From NCBI GenBank assembly GCA_038153405.1, contig JAYOYH010000004.1, forward strand, positions 99,626 to 163,625: DNA of 64,000 nucleotides. Direction: 5' to 3'. Positions within the stretch are counted from its first letter, which is position 1; each line of letters starts with the position of its first letter. The stretch comes from Gemmatimonadota bacterium. GTDB lineage: Bacteria; Latescibacterota; UBA2968; UBA8231. Positions 20,203 to 30,421 of this stretch are shown here, one piece after another. Both the position numbers and the translations under genes were made by a program. The notes under the pieces are model-generated. The model did not search any database. It was not told where the DNA came from and worked only from the letters and a program-made list of their open reading frames with translations.

Positions 20203-21141
20203 CTATAGCGTCACCACGCCCTTGATATACCCCTCCACCTGTCCAGCCACCAGGCGCTGCATAAAATCTGGGTACTCTTCCAGCGGCAGCACGTGCGTAA
20301 CCAGCGGCTGCAGGTCGATCACGCCCTTGTCCAGCAGGCGGATAGCCGGTGGAAAGGGATCGCGCAACCGCGCAGAAGGCGCCGAGTTGACGATTGTCAG
20401 TCCCTTGGTATGCCACGCGCTGGGATTGAAATGGGCGCGTTCGCCCTTGATCCAGCCAAACAAATTGATCCGACCACCGCGCCGAGCGATATCGGCCGCC
20501 AAATCTAAACCCTGCTGCGAACCGCTCGTATCTACGACGACGTCGATATCGCGCGCTTTTAACGCCGCTTGCACTCCGTCAAAATCGGCCGCCGTCACGT
20601 CGTACACTTCGTCGGCACCCATCTGCTTGGCCAACTGCAGCCGACGCGCGTCGACGTCGAGGGCGACGATCTGCTCATAGCCCATGCCCGCCAGCCCCTG
20701 CAGCATCATCAAACCCATAAAACCGCAGCCTATCATAGCCAAGCGCTCGCCTACGCGGACTTGGCACTGGTCGATCCCCGTCACCACGCAGGAGACCGGT
20801 TCGACGATCCAATAGGGGTCTTGGAGAGGGGAAGCTGGAATGGCGTAGAGCGGAGAAGCGCCGATATTGCGCAGGCGGGCAAACCCCCCGCCCACGACGC
20901 GCTGGCCTATTTCGACGCCCTCGACGCCCGGTCCCAGTTTGCTCACATAGCCCACGCCTTCGTGCCCCGGCGGTGCGGCAAACGGCGCGGCGCTCCCCGC
21001 TCTACAGGTCTGGATATCCCATGCGCAAATGCCGCAGGCCGCCACCTCGATTTGCACTTGTCCCGGCCCGGGATCGCCAACTTCCACGTCGACGAGTTCG
21101 ACGCCCCCCTCCGCTCTGTACTGCACGCTGTGCACTTTCAT
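20203..21141 (-). CDS. Zinc-binding alcohol dehydrogenase (MDR) family
   Basis: CGICAWD, GHEGVG, GCGFMG Rossmann motif; no structural-Zn Cys cluster; start set to ATG 21141. Confidence 0.9.
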   Translation of the reverse strand: MKVHSVQYRAEGGVELVDVEVGDPGPGQVQIEVAACGICAWDIQTCRAGSAAPFAAPPGHEGVGYVSKLGPGVEGVEIGQRVVGGGFARLRNIGASPLYAIPASPLQDPYWIVEPVSCVVTGIDQCQVRVGERLAMIGCGFMGLMMLQGLAGMGYEQIVALDVDARRLQLAKQMGADEVYDVTAADFDGVQAALKARDIDVVVDTSGSQQGLDLAADIARRGGRINLFGWIKGERAHFNPSAWHTKGLTIVNSAPSARLRDPFPPAIRLLDKGVIDLQPLVTHVLPLEEYPDFMQRLVAGQVEGYIKGVVTL

Positions 21142-21215
21142 ATCGCCTTCTCCCGATCCACTGATCACTCCCTTCTCAAAAAGCCCACGCCCGCCTGCCG
21201 CACCGTGCAGAAAAC

Positions 21216-23099
21216 CTATTTGCGCGGTGTCGCGCGGCCACTACGCCGCGGTTTGCGCCCCGACGCCCCATCGACTTGGCGCTGCGTGCCCAGCAGCCTT
21301 TCCAATAGGTCGGGCCGCTTTAAACGCTGTAAGACCTGGCGAACCCAGGAGGTATTTTCGCCCTTGTACCAGAAGAAGAAGCGGTGTTGGTCTCGCTTCT
21401 CGCGCTCGCTGCGCACCGTCGGCACCTCTTTTAGGGTATAGGGATCGTAGCCAGAATAGTACATCACGGTGGCCACGGTCATCGGCGTCGGCGTGAAGTC
21501 CTGCACCTGCTCCAGTTGAAAGCCGGCCTCCTTTGTCTGACAGGCCAGATCGGCCATATCCTCCAACTGCGAGCCGGGATGGCTGGAGATAAAATAGGGA
21601 ATCAGTTGCTGACGCAGCCCCGCTTTTTTGTTAAAGCGATCAAATTTTTCTTTAAACGCATCAAAGAACTTGAACGACGGCTTGCGCATGAGCTTGAGCA
21701 CCGCGTCTGACGTGTGCTCGGGCGCAATCTTCAGGCGACCCGAAACGCGGTTGACTACGAGCTCCTCAATATATTCGTCGCAGCGGTTGGCCCGCTGCTC
21801 TTGCTCCGAGCCGCGCACCAGCATATCGTAGCGAATGCCGCTAGATACAAAGGCTTTTTTCACCTGCGGGTGAGCCGAGGCACTGCGGTAAATATCGAGC
21901 AGCGGCTGGTGGTTCATATCTAGGTTATGGCAAATCGTCGGGTGTATGCAGGAAGGGCTTACACAGCGATCGCAGATGGCCTGTACCTTGCCCTTCATCT
22001 TATACATATTGCCCGAGGGACCGCCCAAATCACTGATATAGCCCTTGAAATCGGGCATCTGTGTAATCTGATCGACCTCTTTCATAATCGACTGTTTTGA
22101 GCGGCTGGCGATCATTTTCCCCTGATGGGCGGAGATCGTGCAAAAGCTGCACCCACCAAAGCACCCGCGGTGCATATTAACGGAAAACTTGATCATCTCA
22201 AAGGCGGGAATGGCACCGCGCTTTTCGTATTTTGGATGGGGCTGGCGCGTATAGGGCAGGTCAAACGAGGCGTCGATTTCCGCCTCGCCCATCGTTTGAT
22301 AGGGCGGGTTGATAACCAGCAGGCGATCGCCAACCCGCTGCAGTAGACGGCGACCAAACTGCTTGTTCGACTCCTGCTCGATATACTTGAAGTTGCGCGC
22401 AAAGGCCTTCTTGTCGCGCAGACACTGCTCGTGCGAAGTCAGCTCAACGCTGTCCCAGTTTTTGTTTTTGGGCATCTCTCGGCCAGCCGGCTGCATAAAG
22501 GCCGTCTGTGGAATCGTCCTCAACGACGCAAAGGGCACACCGCGGTCGAGCAGGCGCAGCATTTCGCGCAGCGGCTGTTCGCCCATGCCATAGACGAGCA
22601 GGTCAGCGCCGCTGTCGGCGAGAATGGAAGGCTTGAGCGCATCCGACCAATAGTCGTAGTGCGTGACCCGACGCAGCGAACCTTCAATGCCGCCAATGAC
22701 GACGGGGGTATCTGGGTAGAGCCTCTTGAGAATCTGCGCATAGACCGTCGCGGCATAGTCAGGGCGAAAACCAGACTGACCGCCCGGCGTATACGCATCG
22801 GTCGAACGCTTTCTCTTGGCCGCCGTATAGTGGTTGACCATTGGATCCATGCAGCCGGAGGAAATGCCAAAAAACAGCCGCGGTGTGCCCAGTTTTTTAA
22901 AATCGCGCAGGTCGTCGCGCCAATTGGGCTGCGCTACGATAGCGACGCGAAAGCCCTCCGACTCAACGATGCGCGCAATAACGGCGTGGCCAAAGGCCGG
23001 ATGGTCGACGTAGGCGTCACCCGAGATAATGATGACGTCCAGCTCGTCCCATCCACGCGCTTCGACTTCTTTCTTTGTCGTGGGCAAAAATTCACTCAT
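21216..23099 (-). CDS. ygiQ: YgiQ family radical SAM protein
   Basis: GDAYVDHPAFG, CFGGCSFC, DLGGPSGNMY, LKIAPEH, YFISSHPG, QVQDFTPTPMT; start set to ATG 23099. Confidence 0.93.
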   Translation of the reverse strand: MSEFLPTTKKEVEARGWDELDVIIISGDAYVDHPAFGHAVIARIVESEGFRVAIVAQPNWRDDLRDFKKLGTPRLFFGISSGCMDPMVNHYTAAKRKRSTDAYTPGGQSGFRPDYAATVYAQILKRLYPDTPVVIGGIEGSLRRVTHYDYWSDALKPSILADSGADLLVYGMGEQPLREMLRLLDRGVPFASLRTIPQTAFMQPAGREMPKNKNWDSVELTSHEQCLRDKKAFARNFKYIEQESNKQFGRRLLQRVGDRLLVINPPYQTMGEAEIDASFDLPYTRQPHPKYEKRGAIPAFEMIKFSVNMHRGCFGGCSFCTISAHQGKMIASRSKQSIMKEVDQITQMPDFKGYISDLGGPSGNMYKMKGKVQAICDRCVSPSCIHPTICHNLDMNHQPLLDIYRSASAHPQVKKAFVSSGIRYDMLVRGSEQEQRANRCDEYIEELVVNRVSGRLKIAPEHTSDAVLKLMRKPSFKFFDAFKEKFDRFNKKAGLRQQLIPYFISSHPGSQLEDMADLACQTKEAGFQLEQVQDFTPTPMTVATVMYYSGYDPYTLKEVPTVRSEREKRDQHRFFFWYKGENTSWVRQVLQRLKRPDLLERLLGTQRQVDGASGRKPRRSGRATPRK

Positions 23100-23369
23100 A
23101 TAGGTATCTCCATATTCCGTGATATATAAAAGTATACATTGCATGCCATAAGTAAACTGCACTCCCTCTTGCCGTCTTTCCTACCATTGCTTGCATTTTA
23201 ATCTATTTCGCGACATGTACGCGTTATGGCCAACTCCGCCATCGCTCCATTGCACCAGCTAAATGGGCAGCGCGCAGAGCACATAGGTCAAAACGTTCGC
23301 GAATAGAGAGCGCATATATACACACCATCTCGAACCCACGGCAAAGGCCATACAAAGAGGAGAATCGAT

Positions 23370-24305
23370 GTGGAAAAGATTGTGCTAGGACGCACGGGGC
23401 TTGCCGTTTCGCGCATGGGCATTGGCGGCGGCGGACCCAGCCAACTGGGCCAACGCACGGGCAGGAGTGCCGATGAGTCGGCCGATATACTGCGCCGGGC
23501 ATTTGATGCGGGCGTCAACTTCGTAGACACCTCGGAGGACTACGGCACCGAGCCGATCATTGCCCGCGCGCTGGCGTCGCGCGCGCGCGATACCATTGTG
23601 ATATCGACCAAAAAATCGACGCGCCACCAGCGGGTAACGCCTAGCACCGTGCGCGAAAGCATAGACCAGAGCCTGCGCCAGCTCAACACCGATTACATCG
23701 ACCTATACAATCTGCACGGCGTTGTGCCACAGGATTACGACTACCTCGCCGAGGACGTATATCCGGAGCTGCTAAAGGCGCGCCAAGCCGGCAAGATTCG
23801 CAGCATCGGCATTACCGAGATGTTCAACGAGGATACGGGACACGAGACGATGGCACGCGCCGCACACGACGGCCTGTGGGATGTGCTGATGGTCGGCTTC
23901 AACGTGCTCAACCAGACGGCGCGCGGGCGCGTATTTGCAGAAGCGCAAAAAAACAACATCGGCATTCAGGTGATGTTCGCCGTGCGCAAGGCCCTGCGCT
24001 CCCCCGCCGACCTGCGCCCCTTTGTCGCCGAGCTGATCGAGCGCGGGCAGCTCGACCCCGACGAGATCAATGCCGAGCGCCCGCTGGCCTTTCTACTCGA
24101 CGACGGGCTGGCCGAATCGCTGACGGACGCGTCCTACCGCTTTTGCCGCGACGAGCCCGGGGTCCACATCGTGCTGTCGGGTACGGGGAACCCAGAGCAT
24201 TTGGCGCACAACATGCGCTCTTTCGAGCGCCCGCCGCTGCCGGCCGACACTGCCGCGCGCCTGCGCCATATCTTTCGCCACGTCGACTCGACGACGGGCC
24301 AGTAG
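23370..24305 (+). CDS. Aldo/keto reductase
   Basis: LGRTGLAVS, DTSEDY, ISTK, DYIDLYNLH; GAGGAG RBS. Confidence 0.93.
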   Translation: MEKIVLGRTGLAVSRMGIGGGGPSQLGQRTGRSADESADILRRAFDAGVNFVDTSEDYGTEPIIARALASRARDTIVISTKKSTRHQRVTPSTVRESIDQSLRQLNTDYIDLYNLHGVVPQDYDYLAEDVYPELLKARQAGKIRSIGITEMFNEDTGHETMARAAHDGLWDVLMVGFNVLNQTARGRVFAEAQKNNIGIQVMFAVRKALRSPADLRPFVAELIERGQLDPDEINAERPLAFLLDDGLAESLTDASYRFCRDEPGVHIVLSGTGNPEHLAHNMRSFERPPLPADTAARLRHIFRHVDSTTGQ

Positions 24306-24375
24306 CGCACCCGGCGCCGCCTAGGCGAGATCATGACCGTGCCGTCGGGCGCAGCGCAACGAGAGTTTGGATGCT

Positions 24376-25680
24376 TTAGCCGGCGCGGCGGTACGATGCG
24401 GCGAGTAGGATATCGCGCCCGCGCCGCGTGCTGATACGCGGCTTGAGCTGCATGAGCAGAGCGTAGAGCCCAAAGAGCAGACGGTTGACAAAGATAAAGT
24501 GCTTGGAGGCGCGGATATCGCGCCACTGCATAGAGGCGCGAATGTATTCGTTGAGCTGTCGGCGAAACTCGGGATCGCCAAAGTCAAAGCTCTCACTTGC
24601 ATACGGCGTGAGTACGAAGCGGCCAAATTCCCGTAAAAAGGCGTAGAGTTCGTCCTGCGGCTCGGACGATCGCTCGTCGAGAATGCCCACTTCGCGATAG
24701 CAGGAGCGAATGGCCTCGGCGTCGTCCTTGACGTGCGCGGCCAGCATATAGACGCAGGTGTCGAGAAAGTCGCGCGGAAATTCTTTGACGCAGCCAAAGT
24801 CGATGATGCCGAGGCGATCGTCGTCGCGAAAGAGGAAGTTACCCGGATGAATGTCGGCGTGGAAAGAGTAGATACCGCGCTCCACTTGGTCGTGGATAAA
24901 GTCCCACAGCAGCTGACCAAAGTGATCTATGCGCTGCTGGTCGGGCTGGCCAGCGAGAAACTCACCGAGGTGCACGCCCCCTACGTAGGTCATTGTCAGC
25001 ACGCGCTCGCTGCTCAGTTCGGGCAGCCACTGCGGCATGACGACCCTATCATCGCCGTCGTAGAGACCGCCGAACGACTCGATCTGCCGCCCCTCGTTAA
25101 GGTAGTCGGTTTCTTCGAGCAGTTTGTCTCGTATTTCCGTGAAGTAAACGTCTATATCCTCGCCCTTGAACAGCGGGCGAAACAGCGTGCGCGCCATACT
25201 CAGATCAGAGCCGATGGTATCGCGCACGTTGGGATACTGGAGCTTAACGGCCAGTTGGCGCCCGTCCTGCCCTTGCGCCCTATGCACTTGACCGATAGAT
25301 GCGGCGGCAACCGCCTCGTCGTCAAAGCGCGCAAAAAGCGCCTCGGGATCGGCCCTCAACTCGCGGCGAATTTGCGCGCGCACTAGCGCGCGGCTCATCG
25401 GCGGAACGCGGTACTGGGCGTCGGCCATCACTTCGATAAATTCGTCGGGCAGCACACCGGTATCCATGCTCAGCGACTGCGCCAGCTTTAGCGCCGTGCC
25501 GCGCAGGCGCGTGAAATCCTTGAATACCTGAGCGGCATTTTCGCGGTTGAGCTGACTGCGCGACGGCGCGCTCCCCGCCGAGCGGCGCGCGTAGTAGCGG
25601 GCGTAGTTCGTGCCCACCTTGAGACCGGTCCCAGCCAGTATCTTGCCGCGCTGCAGCTTGCCGGAGGGGAATTCGCTCAT
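24376..25680 (-). CDS. AarF/ABC1/UbiB family atypical kinase
   Basis: AAASIGQVH, AVKLQYP, HADIHPGNF, IDFGC; ATGA overlap with TetR stop. Confidence 0.93.
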   Translation of the reverse strand: MSEFPSGKLQRGKILAGTGLKVGTNYARYYARRSAGSAPSRSQLNRENAAQVFKDFTRLRGTALKLAQSLSMDTGVLPDEFIEVMADAQYRVPPMSRALVRAQIRRELRADPEALFARFDDEAVAAASIGQVHRAQGQDGRQLAVKLQYPNVRDTIGSDLSMARTLFRPLFKGEDIDVYFTEIRDKLLEETDYLNEGRQIESFGGLYDGDDRVVMPQWLPELSSERVLTMTYVGGVHLGEFLAGQPDQQRIDHFGQLLWDFIHDQVERGIYSFHADIHPGNFLFRDDDRLGIIDFGCVKEFPRDFLDTCVYMLAAHVKDDAEAIRSCYREVGILDERSSEPQDELYAFLREFGRFVLTPYASESFDFGDPEFRRQLNEYIRASMQWRDIRASKHFIFVNRLLFGLYALLMQLKPRISTRRGRDILLAASYRRAG

Positions 25681-26345
25681 CGCACCCACTCCAGTGCCTT
25701 GCCCAAGAGGGCGTTGCCGAAGGGCAGCCGGATCACGTTGTTGGCCATCAGGTATTTGAGCAAGTCTCCGCCGGCGTATATCAGCTCGCGCGAGCGCAGC
25801 GCCTGCCCGACAAAGGCGACGATCTTATCGACCAGTGCCGTTGTGCGCTCGCCATCGGCGCTGTCGTCGGCAATCCAAAAGCGCACCAGGTGCATGTATT
25901 CCTTGGCAAAGAAAGCGGCCAGCGGTTCTGGGGCACAGGTGTCGGCCAGCATCTCGGCAAAAAGCACCTCGACCTCGCGCTGGAACTGCGACGTGCCCGA
26001 AGCGCGAAAAATCTCGCCGACAAAATGCTCTTCGACGAACTCGCGCTGCTCCTGCAGCATATCGAACATCGCGTAGGCAAAGTTGGCCAGCTTTTCCTCG
26101 GCCGGCCAGTCTGCATAATCGGGCACTTCGTCGACCATCGCCCGGTAGCGCTGCACGCAGAGCGGATAGTAGTATTTGAGTATCGCACTGCGCGAATGAA
26201 AGAGGCGAATGATATCGACTTTCTTAACCCGGGTCTTGCGCGCCAAATTAGCCGTGGTAAAGTTGGCGCGATCGTCTACGTACAGCTCTATGGCCGCCTC
26301 GACGATTTTTTGTTTCTGGGCTAGGTCTCTGTCCGTGCCCGGCAT
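25677..26345 (-). CDS. TetR-family regulator-like protein
   Basis: N-terminal HTH-like segment, helical C-domain (FWIADDS..ERTTALVDK); coupled to ABC1 kinase gene. Confidence 0.7.
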   Translation of the reverse strand: MPGTDRDLAQKQKIVEAAIELYVDDRANFTTANLARKTRVKKVDIIRLFHSRSAILKYYYPLCVQRYRAMVDEVPDYADWPAEEKLANFAYAMFDMLQEQREFVEEHFVGEIFRASGTSQFQREVEVLFAEMLADTCAPEPLAAFFAKEYMHLVRFWIADDSADGERTTALVDKIVAFVGQALRSRELIYAGGDLLKYLMANNVIRLPFGNALLGKALEWVR

Positions 26346-26641
26346 GTTACAATGCTCGCTTTCTGCGCCGCGAAAAGTCGCTGGAAATTAGTGGAATAGC
26401 TTCTCAGAAGAACATTTCCAAGAGTCATCAAAATGCAAGAAGCGAAACAAAATAAATGCGCGCGGAGCAGGCGTCCACACGGAACGATCGCAGCGCACTG
26501 GCAAACCTATGTAAACGGCGTTTTAGTGCGGTAAAATGACGTGCGTGGGAAGTCGCATCGTTGGCGGCGATGACCAGTGGCCCGCCGTGGGCCTAGCAGC
26601 GGTTGGGCACACACTTCGCACGGGCGTTACCCGAGCGCAGC

Positions 26642-27046
26642 CTAGCGCACATCGTAGTGTTTCTTGCAGTAGCCTTGCGCGAAATGCTTGCCCTGGCACT
26701 GATCTATCTGGCAGGCGGTGCGCCCGTATATCCTTTCGCGCTCGGGCGTGAGACGACCGTGGCGGCGCACCTGCTGGTAGTGGCGCGGACAGTAGCCCTT
26801 GGCAACGGGCCCGGCCTGGCAGCCGTTTGCCCTGCACTCGCTGTATGCGCTGCTGCGGCTAGTTTCGTACTCCAATTCGGGCGTGAGACGACCGTGGCGG
26901 CGCACCTGTTGGTAGTGGCGCGGACAATACCCAACCGTGCGCGCTACCTGCTCACACGAAGGCGCCTCGCAACGCAGCGCGTTGCCTTCTTTAGCTAGAT
27001 CATCTCGACCGTTTTCCCGTCGGTACGTGCGCATTGCGTCTGACAT
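26642..27046 (-). CDS. Small basic protein with three Cx4C-x9-Cx2H putative Zn-binding repeats
   Basis: CEAPSC..GYCPRHY, CRANGC..GYCPRHY, CQIDQC..GYCKKHY; GAAGGG RBS before ATG 27046. Confidence 0.75.
   Translation of the reverse strand: MSDAMRTYRRENGRDDLAKEGNALRCEAPSCEQVARTVGYCPRHYQQVRRHGRLTPELEYETSRSSAYSECRANGCQAGPVAKGYCPRHYQQVRRHGRLTPERERIYGRTACQIDQCQGKHFAQGYCKKHYDVR
26742..26926. repeat. 50-bp direct repeat, two copies, intragenic
   Basis: 26742-26791 and 26877-26926 match at 49 of 50 bases, offset 135 nt; encodes CPRHYQQVRRHGRLTP. Confidence 0.9.
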
Positions 27047-27092
27047 ATACACATCCCTTCGCCTGCTAACTACGGATCCTTTACTGGCCTAT

Positions 27093-28001
27093 CTACCCCT
27101 TCACCGCACCTAATTGAATGCCGCTTATAAACCACCGCTGGCAGAGCACGAATACGATGATCATGGGAATCAACATCAGCACAGAGCCGGCGCAGATAAG
27201 GCCGTAGTCGTTGTTATACAAATCCGATAGCTTGGCCAAACCAACGGGCAAGACCATCATCGAGTCGGAATCCGTCATAATTAGCGGCCATACAAAAGAG
27301 CGCCAGTTGCCCAGGAAGGTAAAAATGGCCAGCGCACCCAGCGCCGGTTTGGCCAGCGGCAGCACGACGTGCCAGAAAACGCCCCACGTCGAGCAGCCGT
27401 CAATATAGGCCGCCTCTTCGATTTCACGCGAAACGCCGAGCAGAAACTGGCGCAGCATAAACGTGCCGTAGGCGCTAAAGCACCCCGGTGCAATCAGGGC
27501 AAAGTAGCTGTCCAAACCGACCGGATGACCAATGTACTGGCTTCCAAAATAGAGAAATCCACTAAAAAAATTCGTGTCGCCAAAGGCGTTCAGCCAAAGC
27601 GGAATTTTCTTCATCAATACAAATTGGGGAATCATCAGCACGTCGGAGGGAATCATCATTGTCGCTAGATACCCCAGAAAAATCACGTCGCGGCCGCGAA
27701 ACTGCAGGCGCGCAAACGCAAACGCTGCCAGCGCGCTAGTGGAGACTTGCACGGCCGTAATCGTGCTGGCGATAAACAGCGAGTTAGCGTAGTAGCGCGC
27801 AAAGGCAAATGCCTCTACGACGCCCGTGTAATTGTCCGAGGTCCAGCGCGGCGGAATCCAGCCCAGCGTCACGTCGACGTTATACTTAAACGATGTGAGT
27901 AGGGTCCACACCAGCGGCACGGTCATCAGGCACATCAGGAGCACAAGCGCACCGTAAATGGCGCCCATCTGCCAGCGCTGCTGCGCGGATACGGGCGACA
28001 T
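27093..28001 (-). CDS. Carbohydrate ABC importer permease (MalG-like)
   Basis: EIEEAAYIDG EAA loop, multiple TM segments, ends GAVKG. Confidence 0.95.
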   Translation of the reverse strand: MSPVSAQQRWQMGAIYGALVLLMCLMTVPLVWTLLTSFKYNVDVTLGWIPPRWTSDNYTGVVEAFAFARYYANSLFIASTITAVQVSTSALAAFAFARLQFRGRDVIFLGYLATMMIPSDVLMIPQFVLMKKIPLWLNAFGDTNFFSGFLYFGSQYIGHPVGLDSYFALIAPGCFSAYGTFMLRQFLLGVSREIEEAAYIDGCSTWGVFWHVVLPLAKPALGALAIFTFLGNWRSFVWPLIMTDSDSMMVLPVGLAKLSDLYNNDYGLICAGSVLMLIPMIIVFVLCQRWFISGIQLGAVKG

Positions 28002-28945
28002 TACGATGTCTCCAATCGACTGCCGCCATAGCGCCAGTTGATTAGCGTAGCAACAAAGATGAGGGCGAAGAGCACCATGGAAATCGTTGCCGCATAGCCG
28101 ACTTCTAGCTGCTGATACGCTTGCGTGTAGATGTAGTAGCTAATCGTCGTCGTCGAGCCACCCGGTCCTCCACCCGTCATTATATAAGCTGCTTCAAACC
28201 CCCCCTGCAAACCGCCGATCACGCTGGTTACGAGAATAAAAAACGTAGTCGGTGCCAGCTGTGGAATCGTTATGTAGCGCAGTTTCATCCAGCCGTTAGC
28301 GCCGTCAATATCGGCTGCCTCATAGAGTTCAGGAGGGATGTTCTGCAAGCCGGCCAGATAGAGAATCATACTAAATCCACCGGCACTCGCCCACACGAAA
28401 ACGATAATCAGCGCCGGCTTAGCCCAGCGCTCGTCGATTAACCATCCGGGCAACAGCGCCGCAGCATCGGCACCTGTGACGCCAAAAATGTGGTATAACT
28501 TCCAAAGAAATCCATTTATGATGCCGACGTTGGGCTCATAGGTCAGCAGCATCGTCCACACCATGTAAATGGCAATGCCGCTACACAGATGCGGTATGAA
28601 AAACAGGGTGCGAAACACGACGCGACCGCGTATCTCGCGGTTTAGCAGCACGGCCAGCAGCAGCGCACAGGTCATGGAGAGCGGAATGTTGAGCATGAGA
28701 AATAACGTGTTGGCCAAGTACTGCCAGAAATACGGATCGCGCGCCTGCCACGCGCCATCGACGCTATCAAACCACAGCAGGTCAGCAAAATTGCCCAGCC
28801 CGACAAACGACGGCGTGCCGGTGGCCAGCTGGTAGCGATAGAGGCTCATACCGGCAGCCACGAGAACGGGGCCCAGCGTGAAGATGACAAAGCCCAGTAG
28901 ATTGGGCAGCAAAAAAAGGACCGCCGCACGCCCCTGCCGCTTCAT
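28001..28945 (-). CDS. Carbohydrate ABC importer permease (MalF/UgpA-like)
   Basis: FVGLGNF, ELYEAADIDGA, MTGGGP; start set to ATG 28945 overlapping SBP stop. Confidence 0.95.
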   Translation of the reverse strand: MKRQGRAAVLFLLPNLLGFVIFTLGPVLVAAGMSLYRYQLATGTPSFVGLGNFADLLWFDSVDGAWQARDPYFWQYLANTLFLMLNIPLSMTCALLLAVLLNREIRGRVVFRTLFFIPHLCSGIAIYMVWTMLLTYEPNVGIINGFLWKLYHIFGVTGADAAALLPGWLIDERWAKPALIIVFVWASAGGFSMILYLAGLQNIPPELYEAADIDGANGWMKLRYITIPQLAPTTFFILVTSVIGGLQGGFEAAYIMTGGGPGGSTTTISYYIYTQAYQQLEVGYAATISMVLFALIFVATLINWRYGGSRLETS

Positions 28946-30231
28946 AGGTCGTCCCCCTGCGCATAAATCCGATCCAAATAGTCGTTGGTTGTCTGGTGCG
29001 CGCGGGCCAGCGCCTCTTCGACCGACTCGCGTCCCGCCAGGGCCGCGTCTAAATCGTCGAGCATAAAGCGGTACAAATCCTCCCACCAGAGTTCCTGCGG
29101 AAAGAGATGGACGTCGTACTCCATGGACTCGACAAAGGTTTCTTCAGACCACGGCGTATCGTCGCGCACAAAAGCACGGCGGGCCACCGATCGCTGCGGC
29201 GGCATATCGCTGCCGAGCTGGGCCATTGCCGCCGTAGCCTGCGAACCCACCATGTGCTTGACCAGATCCCAAGCCAACTCGGGCTGCTTGCTGTTTTTCC
29301 AGATGGTAAAACCAACGCTTGCGTAGCGCGTTTTGCGCCCGTCGGGCCCTTTGGGAAACAGGGCCGTATCCCACTCAAAGCGATCGAGGTACTGATACTG
29401 CGGTATACGCCACGGGCCGGAAATATCGATGGCAATGCGCCCGGCTTCAAAGGTGAACGTGCTCATCGTCGCGTCCGTACGCATGCCAGGGCGCGGCGGA
29501 CTGACCTGGTGCTTGAAGTATAGATCGACGTAAAACTGGACCGCATCGCGCACGCTGGGATCGTCGAGGTTGGATACGTAGCGACCGTCTTCCATCCGCA
29601 AAAACTTTCCCCCGCCGCTCCAAACGTAGTTCGCGATGTCGTAGGGAGAACAACCATACACGTCGTATAAGCCGTCTTGATCGACGTCGATAGTGAGCTT
29701 TTTGGCTTTTTCAAGCAGCTCATCCCACGTCCAGTCGGGCGATGGATACTCGACGCCGTACTGGTCGAACAAATCTTTATTGTAAAAGCACGTGACCGTG
29801 CTGCCCTTAACCGGTAGACCATAGAGCTTGCCGTGGTAGCTATAGGCTTCCAAGCCAACCGGATAATAATCACCGACGTCGATACCGTCGCGTTTGACGA
29901 GTTCATCGAGCGGCAGCAGCTGCCCCGTGCTAGAGACCTGCGCCATTTGTCTCCAGTGCAGCACGCAGACATCGGGCGCATGCCCTGCATCCATACCGGT
30001 GAGTAATTTTTGCACTACGCTGCGCCCGGGCACAACCTCCAAGCGAAAAAGCTTATCGGGGTTTTCGCGTCGATACTGCTCTGCCATGCGCCGAAAGAGC
30101 TGTGCTTCCTGTGGCGAGCCGTATACCCACACAGTGAGCATATCTTCCGCAGGATGCCAGTTGATGTAGCGCGCACCAACAAATGCGACGAGCACTGCGG
30201 CACACGCAGCGAATAGCCTTATATACAGCAT
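28942..30231 (-). CDS. Sugar ABC transporter substrate-binding protein
   Basis: APDV, GKLYGLP, FYNKDLF, WTWDEL, FEAGRIA; N-terminal hydrophobic segment; start set to ATG 30231. Confidence 0.92.
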   Translation of the reverse strand: MLYIRLFAACAAVLVAFVGARYINWHPAEDMLTVWVYGSPQEAQLFRRMAEQYRRENPDKLFRLEVVPGRSVVQKLLTGMDAGHAPDVCVLHWRQMAQVSSTGQLLPLDELVKRDGIDVGDYYPVGLEAYSYHGKLYGLPVKGSTVTCFYNKDLFDQYGVEYPSPDWTWDELLEKAKKLTIDVDQDGLYDVYGCSPYDIANYVWSGGGKFLRMEDGRYVSNLDDPSVRDAVQFYVDLYFKHQVSPPRPGMRTDATMSTFTFEAGRIAIDISGPWRIPQYQYLDRFEWDTALFPKGPDGRKTRYASVGFTIWKNSKQPELAWDLVKHMVGSQATAAMAQLGSDMPPQRSVARRAFVRDDTPWSEETFVESMEYDVHLFPQELWWEDLYRFMLDDLDAALAGRESVEEALARAHQTTNDYLDRIYAQGDDL

Positions 30232-30248
30232 GGCTGAGCCTTGGCAGG

Positions 30249-30289
30249 AATAAAAAAATCCCCATCCATCAGAAAGTCGAACGGATGGG
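30249..30289 (-). terminator. Rho-independent terminator-like hairpin with U tract
   Basis: Minus strand CCCATCCGT..ATGGATGGG followed by GATTTTTTTATT. Confidence 0.65.
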
Positions 30290-30342
30290 CTCGAGCGAAA
30301 TTTCGCGCCGTGCAAGGAGAACACAGCTGCGAAGAACACCAC

Positions 30343-30385
30343 GCGATTGCTGCGACAGCTCGTGAGAGTCTGTCGCAGCAATCGC
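30343..30385. other. Very stable stem-loop downstream of CBM9-like gene
   Basis: GCGATTGCTGCGACAG (30343-30358) pairs perfectly with CTGTCGCAGCAATCGC (30370-30385); no U tract. Confidence 0.8.
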
Positions 30386-30421
30386 CGTGATTGATACCAC
30401 AACTACTACATTGCTACTAGC

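Noticed and set aside
23163..23369. Riboswitch or ncRNA in longer intergenic regions (also 26346-26641, 58100-58538, 62776-63004)
   Set aside because: No consensus motif recognisable by eye; an Rfam/Infernal scan would be needed.
26742..26926. 50-bp direct repeat as a mini-CRISPR or IS end
   Set aside because: Only two copies, in frame (135 nt offset) inside a coding repeat; no cas or transposase gene.
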